Program-made: the position numbers and the translations under genes | The notes under the pieces: model-generated | What the model was told of the DNA's origin: nothing | Database searches by the model: none | Seen by the model: only the letters and a program-made list of their open reading frames with translations | Shown: positions 48,110-57,738 of the stretch, piece after piece | Numbering within the stretch: position 1 is the stretch's first letter | Layout: each line of letters starts with the position of its first letter | Source: an uncultured Alphaproteobacteria bacterium | GTDB lineage: Bacteria; Pseudomonadota; Alphaproteobacteria; Bin95 | Assembly (NCBI GenBank): GCA_963807085.1 | Contig: CAWEBB010000026.1 | Span: 314-64,313, forward strand | Length of the DNA: 64,000 nucleotides | Direction of reading: 5' to 3'

Positions 48110-50629
48110 ATGCTTATGAGTAATTCCCTTGCGAACTCGATCTGCACGCTGGGGTTCGCCTTCCTGGTGGCAGTTGCTTCCACCGCCGTGGCCCAGCAGG
48201 TTACGGGTGAACTTGGCTCTCCGGCCGCCACAACCACCATCGACGGCAAACAACTTCCCACACCTGATCCCGCCTTCGGCGGCGTGATCAAGGACGACGC
48301 TCTTCAGTCCAAGCCGTGGTGGGCGCCGCGCATTGTCCCGCCGAAACAAGCGCCGAACATCCTGCTTATCATCACCGATGACGCTGGGTTCGGCGTGCCG
48401 AGCACCTTTGGTGGCGTCATTCCAACGCCGACTATGGACCGGGTGGCAAATGCCGGCCTCCGCTACAACAACATCCATTCGACAGCCCTGTGTTCGCCGA
48501 CACGCGCGGCGCTGATCACGGGCCGTAACCACCACTCGGCCGGCTTCGGCGTCATTGCCGAGCAAGCCACCGGCTACCCCGGCTATAATAGTATTATTGC
48601 CGAAGATAAGGCCACGATCGGACGGATCCTTCTGGAGAATGGCTATGCCACCTCCTGGTTCGGCAAGGATCATAACACGCCGGCCTTTGCCGCAAGCCAG
48701 GCCGGGCCATTCGACCAGTGGCCGACTGGCCTGGGCTTTGAGTATTTTTACGGTTTCGTGGGCGGCGACGCGAACCAGTGGCAGCCAAATCTGTTTCGCA
48801 ATACGACGCAGATTTACCCCTTTGACGGCAAGCCGGAATGGAACCTTATTACCGGCATGGCGGATGACGCCATAGACTACCTGAACCGTCTCAACCAGAC
48901 GATTCCTGACAAACCCTTCTTCGTAAAGTACGCGCCAGGCGCCACGCACGCCCCCCATCACCCGACCAAGGAGTGGGTGGAAAAGATCAGTGCGATGCAT
49001 TTGTTTGACGAGGGATATAACAAGGTCCGGGAGCAGATCTTCGAGAACCAAAAGAAGCTTGGCGTTATTCCGCAAGACACGCAGTTGGAGCCGTGGCCGA
49101 CGGACCTGCTGAAGAGTTGGGACGACCTTCCCGCTGAAGAGCGTAAATTGTTCATCAAGCAGGTGGAAATTTTTGCGGCCTATGCTGCCTACAACGACCA
49201 CGAGATCGGGCGTGTCATCCAGACGATCGAGGATATGGGCAAGCTCGACAACACACTGATTATTTACATCAACGGCGACAATGGCACGAGCGCCGAGGGT
49301 GGACCTTTGGGTACTCCAAATGAAGTCGCGTTCTTCAATGGCGTCAACGAGATGCCGGTAAAGACACAGATGAACTGGTATGATGTCTGGGGCACCGAGC
49401 AAACCTACAATCACATGTCCGCAGGCTGGTCCTGGGCGTTCGACACGCCGTTCACCTGGTTCAAGCAAAATGCCTCCAAACTCGGTGGCATCCGCCAAAG
49501 CATGGCAGTCTCATGGCCGGCGGGCATCAAAGACAAGGGTGGCATGCGCGAACAATTCATGCATGTTATCGACGTAGTACCTACTCTCCTCGAAGTATCT
49601 GGCATCGCCGCACCTGAAATGGTGGATGGCATCAAGCAGGCGCCGATTGAGGGCACGAGTTTCGCCTATACCTTCAACGCGGAAAACGCCGAGGCGCCCT
49701 CGCAGCACAAAATCCAGTATTTCGAGATGATGGGCCAGTGGGCGCTCTACGACGAAGGCTGGTTGCTCAGCACCAAAGTGAATCGCGCACCGTGGCAGGC
49801 CTTTGGGGTGGCCAATCCCGATCCGCTCAATAACCAGGTGCTCGAACTCTACGACCTGAATACGGACTTCAGCCAATCGAAAAACATCGCTGCCCAGCAT
49901 CCCGACAAGGTTAAGGCGATGAAGGCGATGTTCATTGAGGAAGCGAAAAAGTACCAGGTCTTCCCGATGGATGCCTCAGTCGCAGCCCGTTTGGTCGCAC
50001 CGCGCCCGAACATCACCGCCGGCCGAACGGAGTTTGTTTACACGCATCCGATGGTTGGTCTCCCGCAAGGCGACTCGCCGTCACTCCTGAACACTTCCTA
50101 CACGATCACGGCGGAGATCGATGTGCCTGAAGGTGGGGCCGAGGGCATGATCCTTACCTCCGGCGGGCGCTTTGCCGGCTATGGCTTTTACCTGCTTGAA
50201 GGCAAGCCGGTGTTCCTCTGGAACCTGATCGATCTGGAGCGCATCAAATGGGAAGGTCAGGAAGCGCTGACGCCAGGCAAGCACACCATTGAGTTCGACT
50301 TCAAATATGAAGGCCTGGGGACCGGAACGCTGCGCTACAATAATATGAGCGGCCTCGGCCGCCCCGGCACCGGCGAACTTAAAGTAGACGGCAAGACTGT
50401 CGCGACCAAGCGGATGGAGAAAACCATTCCGATGATCTTGCAGTGGGACGAGTTGTTCGACATCGGCTCCGATACGCTGACGGGCGTCAATGACGCGGAC
50501 TACAAGCCTCCGTTCGCCCTGACCGCAAAACTCGACAAGCTGACGATCAAAGTGGATCGGCCGCAATTGTCAGCCGAGGACATCAAGAAACTCAGTGCCG
50601 CCCAGCGCAACAACAAGTCAAGCGAGTAG
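48110..50629 (+). CDS. Arylsulfatase (formylglycine-dependent sulfatase), secreted
   Basis: 839 aa; signal peptide; sulfatase signature ALCSPTRAALITGRNHH (C-x-P-x-R) plus the second sulfatase motif GKDHNTP. The gene and its flanks are at visibly lower GC than the surroundings. Confidence 0.85.
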   Translation: MLMSNSLANSICTLGFAFLVAVASTAVAQQVTGELGSPAATTTIDGKQLPTPDPAFGGVIKDDALQSKPWWAPRIVPPKQAPNILLIITDDAGFGVPSTFGGVIPTPTMDRVANAGLRYNNIHSTALCSPTRAALITGRNHHSAGFGVIAEQATGYPGYNSIIAEDKATIGRILLENGYATSWFGKDHNTPAFAASQAGPFDQWPTGLGFEYFYGFVGGDANQWQPNLFRNTTQIYPFDGKPEWNLITGMADDAIDYLNRLNQTIPDKPFFVKYAPGATHAPHHPTKEWVEKISAMHLFDEGYNKVREQIFENQKKLGVIPQDTQLEPWPTDLLKSWDDLPAEERKLFIKQVEIFAAYAAYNDHEIGRVIQTIEDMGKLDNTLIIYINGDNGTSAEGGPLGTPNEVAFFNGVNEMPVKTQMNWYDVWGTEQTYNHMSAGWSWAFDTPFTWFKQNASKLGGIRQSMAVSWPAGIKDKGGMREQFMHVIDVVPTLLEVSGIAAPEMVDGIKQAPIEGTSFAYTFNAENAEAPSQHKIQYFEMMGQWALYDEGWLLSTKVNRAPWQAFGVANPDPLNNQVLELYDLNTDFSQSKNIAAQHPDKVKAMKAMFIEEAKKYQVFPMDASVAARLVAPRPNITAGRTEFVYTHPMVGLPQGDSPSLLNTSYTITAEIDVPEGGAEGMILTSGGRFAGYGFYLLEGKPVFLWNLIDLERIKWEGQEALTPGKHTIEFDFKYEGLGTGTLRYNNMSGLGRPGTGELKVDGKTVATKRMEKTIPMILQWDELFDIGSDTLTGVNDADYKPPFALTAKLDKLTIKVDRPQLSAEDIKKLSAAQRNNKSSE

Positions 50630-50799
50630 CACTGAAGGGCGTTTTCTGGATGCCGCAGAAGCAGTGGTTTGCGAATACCTTTATCGCAATAAGCAGCTTC
50701 TGCGGTTCTTGAACACGGGCAGCGGCAGGATCTCTCTACGATTAAACGGATAGAGGAAGTAGCGGAAGCAAGTTACGGCCACGTATCCGCCGCCACCCC

Positions 50800-52182
50800 T
50801 CACTCCCTTACCAACAGGCTTTCGCGCCACGCAGTGGCGATCGCCACTGTCGCTAGTAGGCCGATGGCGCAGTAGAGCGTGATCATGTTCTGGTAGCCGA
50901 GATTGTCTACCAGCCAGCCGCCCAACACCAATCCCAGCGGCAAGCCATAGACCGCCAGCATCCGCACCCCCATGATGCGGCCACGCATGACCGGGCCGGC
51001 GGCATCCAGCAGCGCAATCGACATGGTCAACATGGAAATGCCCTGCGCAAAGCCGATCAGCGCCAGCAGCACATAGGCCTGCCACGCCTGCCATGCTTGG
51101 CCGAAAGCCAGCAGCAGCAGGTACCACACCACGATATAGCCGACGATGTTGCGCCCGCGTTGCTTCGGGCCACCGGTCGCGGCGATCGTCAACGAGCCGA
51201 CCACCGCGCCCGCGCCGAACATCGCCACCATCTGGCCAAGCCCGGTTTCGTCCAGGCCGAACACCTCCTTCGCTGCAAACGGCAGGACTTCCAGATTGAT
51301 CGGAAAGGCGCAGAAATTAACCAGGAAGGCGAAGAACATCAGCGCCTTGATCCGTGGCGTCCGCCAGGTGAAAACCAACCCGTCCTTCACCTCGCGCACG
51401 ATCCTGAAGGGCTCGCCGCCGCGATCGGGCTTGATGCCGCTGGTGCCGAACGTTAGCAGCAAACTCAAAGTGTAGAATGTCACGACGCCGACATAAGCCG
51501 CCCCCAGCCCGAGCGTCGCGAACAGGCCGGCGCCGGCCAGCGCGCCCATGATACGGGCCGTGTCCATGGTCAGGCGGCTTAGGCCCATGGCAGAGCCCAA
51601 CGTCTCCCGCCCCATGGTGTCGCCGATCATGGAGTTGCGCATCACCAGGTCGGAGGGGCGGATCAGGCCCATGCAGAAGGCCACGCCGAACACGATTTCG
51701 GGCGTCAGGGTGCCGCTCAGACCGGTAATCATCAGGATCGAGGCGAGGCAAGCATAGGCCGCGCGCAGGCAACAGAGCACCGTGCGCCGACCGAGCGTGT
51801 CGGCGATGCTGCCAATGGCGGGCGCCAGCAGTGTGCCCAGAAACTGAAGCGAGGCGAACAGGGTCAGCATCACGACCGATTCTGTCGCCACCAGAATGTA
51901 CCAGTTCAGGATCAGCGTTTCCATTTCCTGCGCCCACGAGGCGAGCAGGTCCGCCGGCCATTGGAACCGAAAGGAGCGCACGCGGAACGGCGCGAGAAGC
52001 GAGGTGCGGGGCGCGGCTTGCTGCACGGAAAGAAATGGCTCTCTGGTGGAATGCACTGACGAAGTGCTCTGGCGGTTTAATGGGCAATAGCTTAGGACGA
52101 AGGCATCATGTGATGCGAGCCAAAAGGCGCGCTTCCCGTCCGGAAAGCCTGCCGAAGCCCCCCAATGGAAGATCTGACCCAA
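50800..52182 (-). CDS. MFS transporter (start uncertain; probably downstream of 52182, e.g. GTG ~52026)
   Basis: 12-TM MFS-like protein; MFS-type N-terminal region LLAPFRVRSFRFQWPADLLASWAQEMETL. The longest ORF overlaps the divergent plus-strand ORF by 18 nt. Confidence 0.75.
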   Translation of the reverse strand: MGQIFHWGASAGFPDGKRAFWLASHDAFVLSYCPLNRQSTSSVHSTREPFLSVQQAAPRTSLLAPFRVRSFRFQWPADLLASWAQEMETLILNWYILVATESVVMLTLFASLQFLGTLLAPAIGSIADTLGRRTVLCCLRAAYACLASILMITGLSGTLTPEIVFGVAFCMGLIRPSDLVMRNSMIGDTMGRETLGSAMGLSRLTMDTARIMGALAGAGLFATLGLGAAYVGVVTFYTLSLLLTFGTSGIKPDRGGEPFRIVREVKDGLVFTWRTPRIKALMFFAFLVNFCAFPINLEVLPFAAKEVFGLDETGLGQMVAMFGAGAVVGSLTIAATGGPKQRGRNIVGYIVVWYLLLLAFGQAWQAWQAYVLLALIGFAQGISMLTMSIALLDAAGPVMRGRIMGVRMLAVYGLPLGLVLGGWLVDNLGYQNMITLYCAIGLLATVAIATAWRESLLVRE

Positions 52183-52962
52183 GTCCTCTGGAAGGCCGGG
52201 CTCGCCGCGAGCGTGCTGATGCTCGTGGTGCTGGCGGGGCAGCGGGCGGGACCGGTGCTGGCGGGGATCGCCATGACCTATCCCTTCAACGTGGGCGTCG
52301 GGTCGGCCCTGATGGTGCTGGACCGCTCCGACGCATTCATGGCCGCTGCCGGTCTGGCCGGGTTTGCGCTTGCGGGCGGCGTCTTTGTGTTTTTGGCAGG
52401 CTATTCATTGGCGGCGGCAAGGCTGCAAGGGTTCCTCAGGCCATGGCTGATCGGCATCGTCGCATGGTTCGGCATGGCTGCAGCGGCGCTCTTGTTTGAA
52501 ATGATCTGGGGCGAGATGACCTGGTGGCAGGCCATCGGGTTGGCCGCCGGGGGCTTTGCGTTTGCGCTCCTCGTGATCCGTAAGCCGCCGCCGACGCAGG
52601 TGAAACCTCGCGCGAGCGGTCAGGGCACCTGGGCCGCCTCTATCGCCCGGGCCGTGGTGGGCGGCACGACTATTGCCGCAATTGCGGTATACTCCAAGGA
52701 GCTGGGGCCGGCCATTTCCGGCATGGCGCTGGCGCTGCCCACCATGATGAGCGCCTCGCTCTGGATCCTGAACCGCCGGTTCGGCGACGCCTTTGCGCTT
52801 GAGGCTGTCTACCGCTCGCGCTGGGCGCTGCTTTCCTACACCAGCTTTGTGTTCTCCATGGCGCTGCTGGCCGAGCCGATGGGTGCCGTGCAGGCGATGG
52901 CGGCCTCTGCCGGGATCGCGGGTCTGACGTCTTATCTGGTCTACCGGCTGAACCGAACCTAG
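52165..52962 (+). CDS. Hypothetical integral membrane protein
   Basis: 265 aa, ~7 hydrophobic helices, no family recognised by eye. Coding-like GC3. Confidence 0.5.
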   Translation: MEDLTQVLWKAGLAASVLMLVVLAGQRAGPVLAGIAMTYPFNVGVGSALMVLDRSDAFMAAAGLAGFALAGGVFVFLAGYSLAAARLQGFLRPWLIGIVAWFGMAAAALLFEMIWGEMTWWQAIGLAAGGFAFALLVIRKPPPTQVKPRASGQGTWAASIARAVVGGTTIAAIAVYSKELGPAISGMALALPTMMSASLWILNRRFGDAFALEAVYRSRWALLSYTSFVFSMALLAEPMGAVQAMAASAGIAGLTSYLVYRLNRT

Positions 52963-53024
52963 CGGGTTCGCCATTAGATCCTTAATGTGTCGGCAACGAA
53001 AAAACACAACGGAAGCGTTCTATC

Positions 53025-54617
53025 ATGCAAGCCGATTATGTGATCGTCGGCGCTGGCAGTGCCGGCTGTGTGCTCGCCAACCGCCTGTCGGCCAAGGGTG
53101 CGCGCGTCGTATTGCTGGAGGCAGGACCAGCGGACCGCAATCCGTACATCCATATTCCCGCGGGCGTCCTCAAGCTGCTCGATCATCCGGTGCTCAACTG
53201 GAATTACCAGACCGAACCGGAGGCTGCGACGGGCAACCGCTCCCTGCACTGGCCGCGGGGCAAGGTGCTGGGCGGCTCAAGCTCGATCAACGGCATGCTG
53301 TTCGTGCGCGGCAATCCGGCGGATTTCGATGGCTGGGCACAGATGGGCGCGCGCGGCTGGAGCTACGATGAATGCCTGCCTTATTTCAAGTCCATGGAAA
53401 ACTACCCGGCGGGTAATCCCAGGTATCGGGGCAAGGGCGGCCCCCTGCAGATCGACGACTACCGAACCACCCTGCCGCTGACCCATATGTTCGTGCGGGC
53501 GGCGGAGCAAGCAGGGCATCACAAGGTGGACGACCTGTCCGGCGCGACTCCGGCGGAGGGGGTCGGCTACAGCCAGATGACCCGCATCGGCCGCCGCCGG
53601 GGCTCGACGGCGCGAACCTTTCTCGCCGAAGCGCGGAAGCGCCCGAACCTGATCGTGGAGACGGAGGCCTACGCCACGCGCCTGACCTTCGAAGGCAAGC
53701 GCTGCACCGGCGTCTGGATCCGCCAGCGGGACCAGGACCGGCATATAAGGGCGGCGCGGGAGGTTATCGTCTCGGGCGGCACCATCAACTCGCCGCACCT
53801 GCTGCATGTCTCCGGCATCGGCCCAGCCGATCATCTGCGAGACATAGGGGTCGAGGTCGCGCACGACCTGCCCGGCGTGGGTCAGAACCTTTCCGACCAT
53901 TACACCGTCCGCGTCTCCCACCGGGCCGTCCGCACACGCAGTATAAATGAGTTGTCACGTTTTCCTCATGTGGTGCCGGAAGTGGCGAAATGGATGGTGA
54001 AGGGCAACGGCGCGCTGACCTTTGGCGTCTCGTCGGCCCAGTGCTACACCTATAGCCGCGAAGGGCTGGCCTCGCCCGACATCCAACTGCTGTTCACGCC
54101 TGCCAGCTACGACAACAACGTTTTCGGCGTACTGGAAAGGAAGCCGGGCGCCACCATCGCCATCTCGGTCGCCCGACCCTCCAGCAGGGGCGAGATCATG
54201 GCGGTGTCGGCCGATCCCTTCACCCGACCGGCGATCCGGCCGAATTTCTTGAGCGACCCGGAGGATTTGCGCATCTCCAAGGAAGGCATCCTCCAGGCGC
54301 GCGAGATTTTCGGGCAGCCGGCCCTTTCCAGACGCCTGGCGGAGGAAACCTCGCCCGGCGCGGACGTGCAGTCGGAGGCGGATTTGGAGCAGTTCATCCG
54401 CGAGACCGGGCGCACGATCTATCACTGCGTCGGCACCTGCAAGATGGGCGAAGATCCAATGGCGGTAGTGGACAGCCGCCTGCGCGTGCACGGCATGGAG
54501 GGCCTCCGCGTCGTGGACGCCAGCATCATGCCGACGGTCACGACCGGCAACACCAACGCGCCCACCATCATGATCGCCGAAAAGGCCAGCGCCATGATTT
54601 TGGAAGATGCGGGTTAG
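53025..54617 (+). CDS. GMC-family FAD oxidoreductase (choline dehydrogenase-like)
   Basis: 530 aa; [22 protein letters not shown] (GxGxxG FAD fold), [15 protein letters not shown]-terminal GMC signature. Confidence 0.9.
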   Translation: MQADYVIVGAGSAGCVLANRLSAKGARVVLLEAGPADRNPYIHIPAGVLKLLDHPVLNWNYQTEPEAATGNRSLHWPRGKVLGGSSSINGMLFVRGNPADFDGWAQMGARGWSYDECLPYFKSMENYPAGNPRYRGKGGPLQIDDYRTTLPLTHMFVRAAEQAGHHKVDDLSGATPAEGVGYSQMTRIGRRRGSTARTFLAEARKRPNLIVETEAYATRLTFEGKRCTGVWIRQRDQDRHIRAAREVIVSGGTINSPHLLHVSGIGPADHLRDIGVEVAHDLPGVGQNLSDHYTVRVSHRAVRTRSINELSRFPHVVPEVAKWMVKGNGALTFGVSSAQCYTYSREGLASPDIQLLFTPASYDNNVFGVLERKPGATIAISVARPSSRGEIMAVSADPFTRPAIRPNFLSDPEDLRISKEGILQAREIFGQPALSRRLAEETSPGADVQSEADLEQFIRETGRTIYHCVGTCKMGEDPMAVVDSRLRVHGMEGLRVVDASIMPTVTTGNTNAPTIMIAEKASAMILEDAG

Positions 54618-54755
54618 GCGACTTTTTTTTCAGAAAAGTTAAGCGGCCCGCAACTTTCTCTGACACGCCGCCGAATACCTGATGAACGGTGCTGCGCAGC
54701 GTTGCCGCTGCAAGCCCTGCTCATTCGCAAACAGGCGAAGTCGGAGGAGAGATTA

Positions 54756-55490
54756 ATGAAAGCACGAACCATTACCACCGTCGCGACGGCGGCCGGTTGT
54801 TTGCTTGTGGGCGCCACATCGGCCCACGCCTTGACCACCCGTTATTCGGTCAATTTCAACGAACTGAACAATTCCGGGGTTTCCGGCGGTGGCATGCTGG
54901 TTTTCGATGACGTGAGCAATCTGCTCACGGTGAATTACTCGGTCACCGGATTGGATGCGGGCGTTCATCCTCAGCATATCCACGGTTTGTTGTCCGGGGG
55001 ACCCGGCAGCACTGCACTTAATTCCGTCACCCCGACCCTCGCCAACGACAGCGACGGCGACGGATTTCTGGAGACCGTGGAGGGCGTTCCTGCGTACGGC
55101 GACGTGCTGCTGTCGCTGTTCAACACGCCCGGAGACCCGAACACATTCCCGATGGTCGATGCTTCCGGCGCCTTGAATTACAATGTCACCTTTGACCTTG
55201 CCAGTTCGAGCATTTTCACCCCCTCGCCGGCAACAGGTACGGTCTATAGCATGACCGATCTGATGCCGCTCGATTTCCGGGAAATCGTCATTCACGGCCG
55301 GAACGTCGCCGCCGGTCTTGGCGGCGGGCAGTTCGAGGTCGATGGCACCCAACCGGGCGGTTTCGTGCCGCTGTTGCCGGTCGCCGCGGCCGAGATCGAA
55401 GCCGTGCCAATTCCGGCGTCTGTCTTTTCGATGTTGGCCGCCGGCGGTTTGATCGCCGCTGTCGGTCGCCGGGCGCGGAAACGCGCCTGA
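54756..55490 (+). CDS. Secreted CHRD-domain protein with C-terminal VPxPA/PEP-CTERM-like sorting tail
   Basis: 244 aa from ATG 54756 (GGAGGAG RBS). Signal peptide MKARTITTVATAAGCLLVGATSAHA, CHRD-like GVHPQHIHGLLSGGPGS, C-terminus VPIPASVFSMLAAGGLIAAVGRRARKRA (VPxPA + TM + Arg cluster). Confidence 0.6.
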   Translation: MKARTITTVATAAGCLLVGATSAHALTTRYSVNFNELNNSGVSGGGMLVFDDVSNLLTVNYSVTGLDAGVHPQHIHGLLSGGPGSTALNSVTPTLANDSDGDGFLETVEGVPAYGDVLLSLFNTPGDPNTFPMVDASGALNYNVTFDLASSSIFTPSPATGTVYSMTDLMPLDFREIVIHGRNVAAGLGGGQFEVDGTQPGGFVPLLPVAAAEIEAVPIPASVFSMLAAGGLIAAVGRRARKRA

Positions 55491-55624
55491 CCTGAGGCGG
55501 GCGGCACTCCCGCCCGCTACTACCCGGTTGCTTGTCTACCTGCGGCTCGATCAAGAAGATCGGGCCGTTTTTTTGTTCGCCCGCAGGATGCCGCAGTCTC
55601 GCCATCGCGCAATATACCCGTCGC

Positions 55625-56284
55625 CTACTCCACCTTGACGATGCGCCCGTGATAGATGGGCTCTGTCGGCTGACCGGTCGGCGAGCCGCCCTGTGGCTCC
55701 AGGCTGATGGCGAACAGATCGCCCGGTCCAGTCTTCAATGTTTTAAGCGCCTCCGGCGCGTTTGGCAGCAGGCCGAGCGAGTACGGCCGCTCGGCCCCCT
55801 CGGGCAGGTGCCACATTTCCAGCGAGCGGCCCGGCGGCGCCTGGATGTTGACCGGAACGATGGTGGCGATGCCCGTACCGGTGTCGAACTGAACGATCAG
55901 CCCCGCCTCCCCATCGGCATCGGACGTGACAACGGCCACATAAGTTTCCGACGGCGGCGGCTGCCAATAGTCGACCGCCACATAGACCGCGATCGCAGCG
56001 GCGAGCGAGCCCGCCAGCACCGTCGCCCGCTTCCAGCGGGAGGCGCGTTTGCGGGCAGCGCCCAGATCGGCGATCATGTCTTCGACGGCGATGCGCCCGG
56101 AGATCCGGCCGAACAGACCTTCCGGCGGCTCGACCGGCTCTACCGCTTCCAGCAGCGGCGCCAGCCGGCGCTCCCATGCTTCCCGCGCGGCGCGGTCGGC
56201 GGCGTTTTCCTGGCCCTCGGGCTCGGTGCCCAGCGCGCGTTCGGCGGCGTCGAGATCGCGTTCTTCGTCGGCCATGTCAATCAC
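55625..56284 (-). CDS. Anti-sigma factor (RskA-like, single TM)
   Basis: 219 aa; start overlaps the ECF sigma stop; N-terminal anti-sigma region, one TM (VLAGSLAAAIAVYVAV), extracytoplasmic C-terminal domain. Confidence 0.65.
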   Translation of the reverse strand: MIDMADEERDLDAAERALGTEPEGQENAADRAAREAWERRLAPLLEAVEPVEPPEGLFGRISGRIAVEDMIADLGAARKRASRWKRATVLAGSLAAAIAVYVAVDYWQPPPSETYVAVVTSDADGEAGLIVQFDTGTGIATIVPVNIQAPPGRSLEMWHLPEGAERPYSLGLLPNAPEALKTLKTGPGDLFAISLEPQGGSPTGQPTEPIYHGRIVKVE

Positions 56285-56816
56285 TCAGACAAGTCCGGAG
56301 CGCGGCTAATGCTCTGCGCAGGCGGGCCTTGATCGTGTTCACGGGCGCTTCGTAGCGCTGGGATAGTTCCTCCCGAGATGCTCCCTCATAATAGGCCAAC
56401 AGCACAGCCTCGCGGTCCTGGTCCTGCAACTCGTCCAAACAGGCGAGCAAGGCCAGATAGTCGACAGGATCGGTTTCGCCACCCTCTCGGGCCTTCCCCG
56501 CCAGCGCCGTCAACGCGTCGCTATCGCCGAGGGTGGAGGGATTTCGCCCCCGCTGCCGCAGCAAGTCGACCGCGCGGTTGCGGACGATGATCGCCATCCA
56601 CGCTTCGGCGCGGCCACGCTGCGGATCGAAGTGTTCAGCCTTCCGCCAGATCTCGACAAAGCCTTCCTGTAGCGCGTCTTCCGCCAAGTCCCGTTCGCGG
56701 CAAACCTGCAAGGCGACGCCGAACAGCTTGGCCGCACACGCACTATAGAGCGCCTGGAACGCGGCCCGATCCGCGTTTGCGATCGCTTTTAGCAGGTCGT
56801 CGTTGGGCACACTCAT
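56277..56816 (-). CDS. ECF-type RNA polymerase sigma-70 family factor
   Basis: 179 aa from the internal ATG at 56816; region 2 (LAEDALQEGFVEIWRKAEHFD) and region 4 HTH (GASREELSQRYEAPVNTIKARLRRA). Confidence 0.8.
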   Translation of the reverse strand: MSVPNDDLLKAIANADRAAFQALYSACAAKLFGVALQVCRERDLAEDALQEGFVEIWRKAEHFDPQRGRAEAWMAIIVRNRAVDLLRQRGRNPSTLGDSDALTALAGKAREGGETDPVDYLALLACLDELQDQDREAVLLAYYEGASREELSQRYEAPVNTIKARLRRALAALRTCLSD

Positions 56817-56978
56817 GGAATGGCTTGTGACCTCGGCATATATCACCCTTACGCTGGTTGCATGCCAAAGGTTACGCGCCCGCGGCAAACCTGGAGGTGT
56901 GACTACCACAGGAGTCGGCTGAAGGCATCCGCTTATGTGAGGCCGGCTTATGTGAAACGGGCGCCCCCGGCGGCTTTC

Positions 56979-57710
56979 TTAGAATTCGATGCCACGCTCC
57001 TTGGCCCAATCCTTTACCCGCCCCAGGGTCGGATTGTCGGGCCGCTCGCGGTAATAAGGGATCAGGGGGTAGAGCTTGTCGAACAGGCGGCGCAGTTCGG
57101 CGGTCGGGTCCGGGTTCTCGTCCACTCGCAGGTTGACGATGGCGAAGCCCGCGTTCTCATAGACCAGCAGGCCGGCGGAGCGTTGCCCGTCCGGCTGTCC
57201 GCCCGCCGCCGCACCGGCCTCGATCGCCAGCATCAGCCGGGTTTCGATGTCGTCGGCCTCTGCCTGTTGCATGGCGTCTGCCATGGCCTGGACCACCTGC
57301 TCGCCCGCGATGGCGTTGCCCATGACGATCCAGCCCGGCCCGGTCTTGTGCCCCGCCCAATCCGAGTTATTCTCGCCGGTCCGCACGGCGGTGTGACCCC
57401 AGCGGTCGATAATGCCGATCTGGCGGTAGCCGATATAGGGGTCGCTCGCCTCCAGGTCCGACAGCACCCGCGCGGCCGGATAGCCCAAATCGAGCAGGCG
57501 CAGCGCCAGAGGCCCAAGCCGCGGATCGGTATTTGCTTGGGTCGCGACCGCGCCGATATTGGGCGCAATGAACGGCACGCGCCCGCCAACGCCCATCTCG
57601 CCTGTCGCGACAGAGATGCCCAGCCGGCCGGTACGCGGGCAGCGGCCGATGGCGGTAAAGGTATGGTGATAGGAGCCGAGCGCGAAGCGGAATGACGCGG
57701 GGATGACACT
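56979..57710 (-). CDS. DUF1028 family protein
   Basis: 243 aa from ATG 57710 (AGGAGA RBS). MSVIPASFRFALGSY...[43 protein letters not shown] matches the DUF1028 (Ntn-hydrolase-like) N-terminus as remembered. Confidence 0.6.
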   Translation of the reverse strand, partial: SVIPASFRFALGSYHHTFTAIGRCPRTGRLGISVATGEMGVGGRVPFIAPNIGAVATQANTDPRLGPLALRLLDLGYPAARVLSDLEASDPYIGYRQIGIIDRWGHTAVRTGENNSDWAGHKTGPGWIVMGNAIAGEQVVQAMADAMQQAEADDIETRLMLAIEAGAAAGGQPDGQRSAGLLVYENAGFAIVNLRVDENPDPTAELRRLFDKLYPLIPYYRERPDNPTLGRVKDWAKERGIEF

Positions 57711-57738
57711 CATCGCTTTTCTCCTGTTCGCGCGCGGC

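Noticed and set aside
47978-49498. 506-aa minus-strand ORF
   Set aside because: Antisense shadow of the arylsulfatase gene (48110..50629); no recognisable family; composition typical of the reverse frame.
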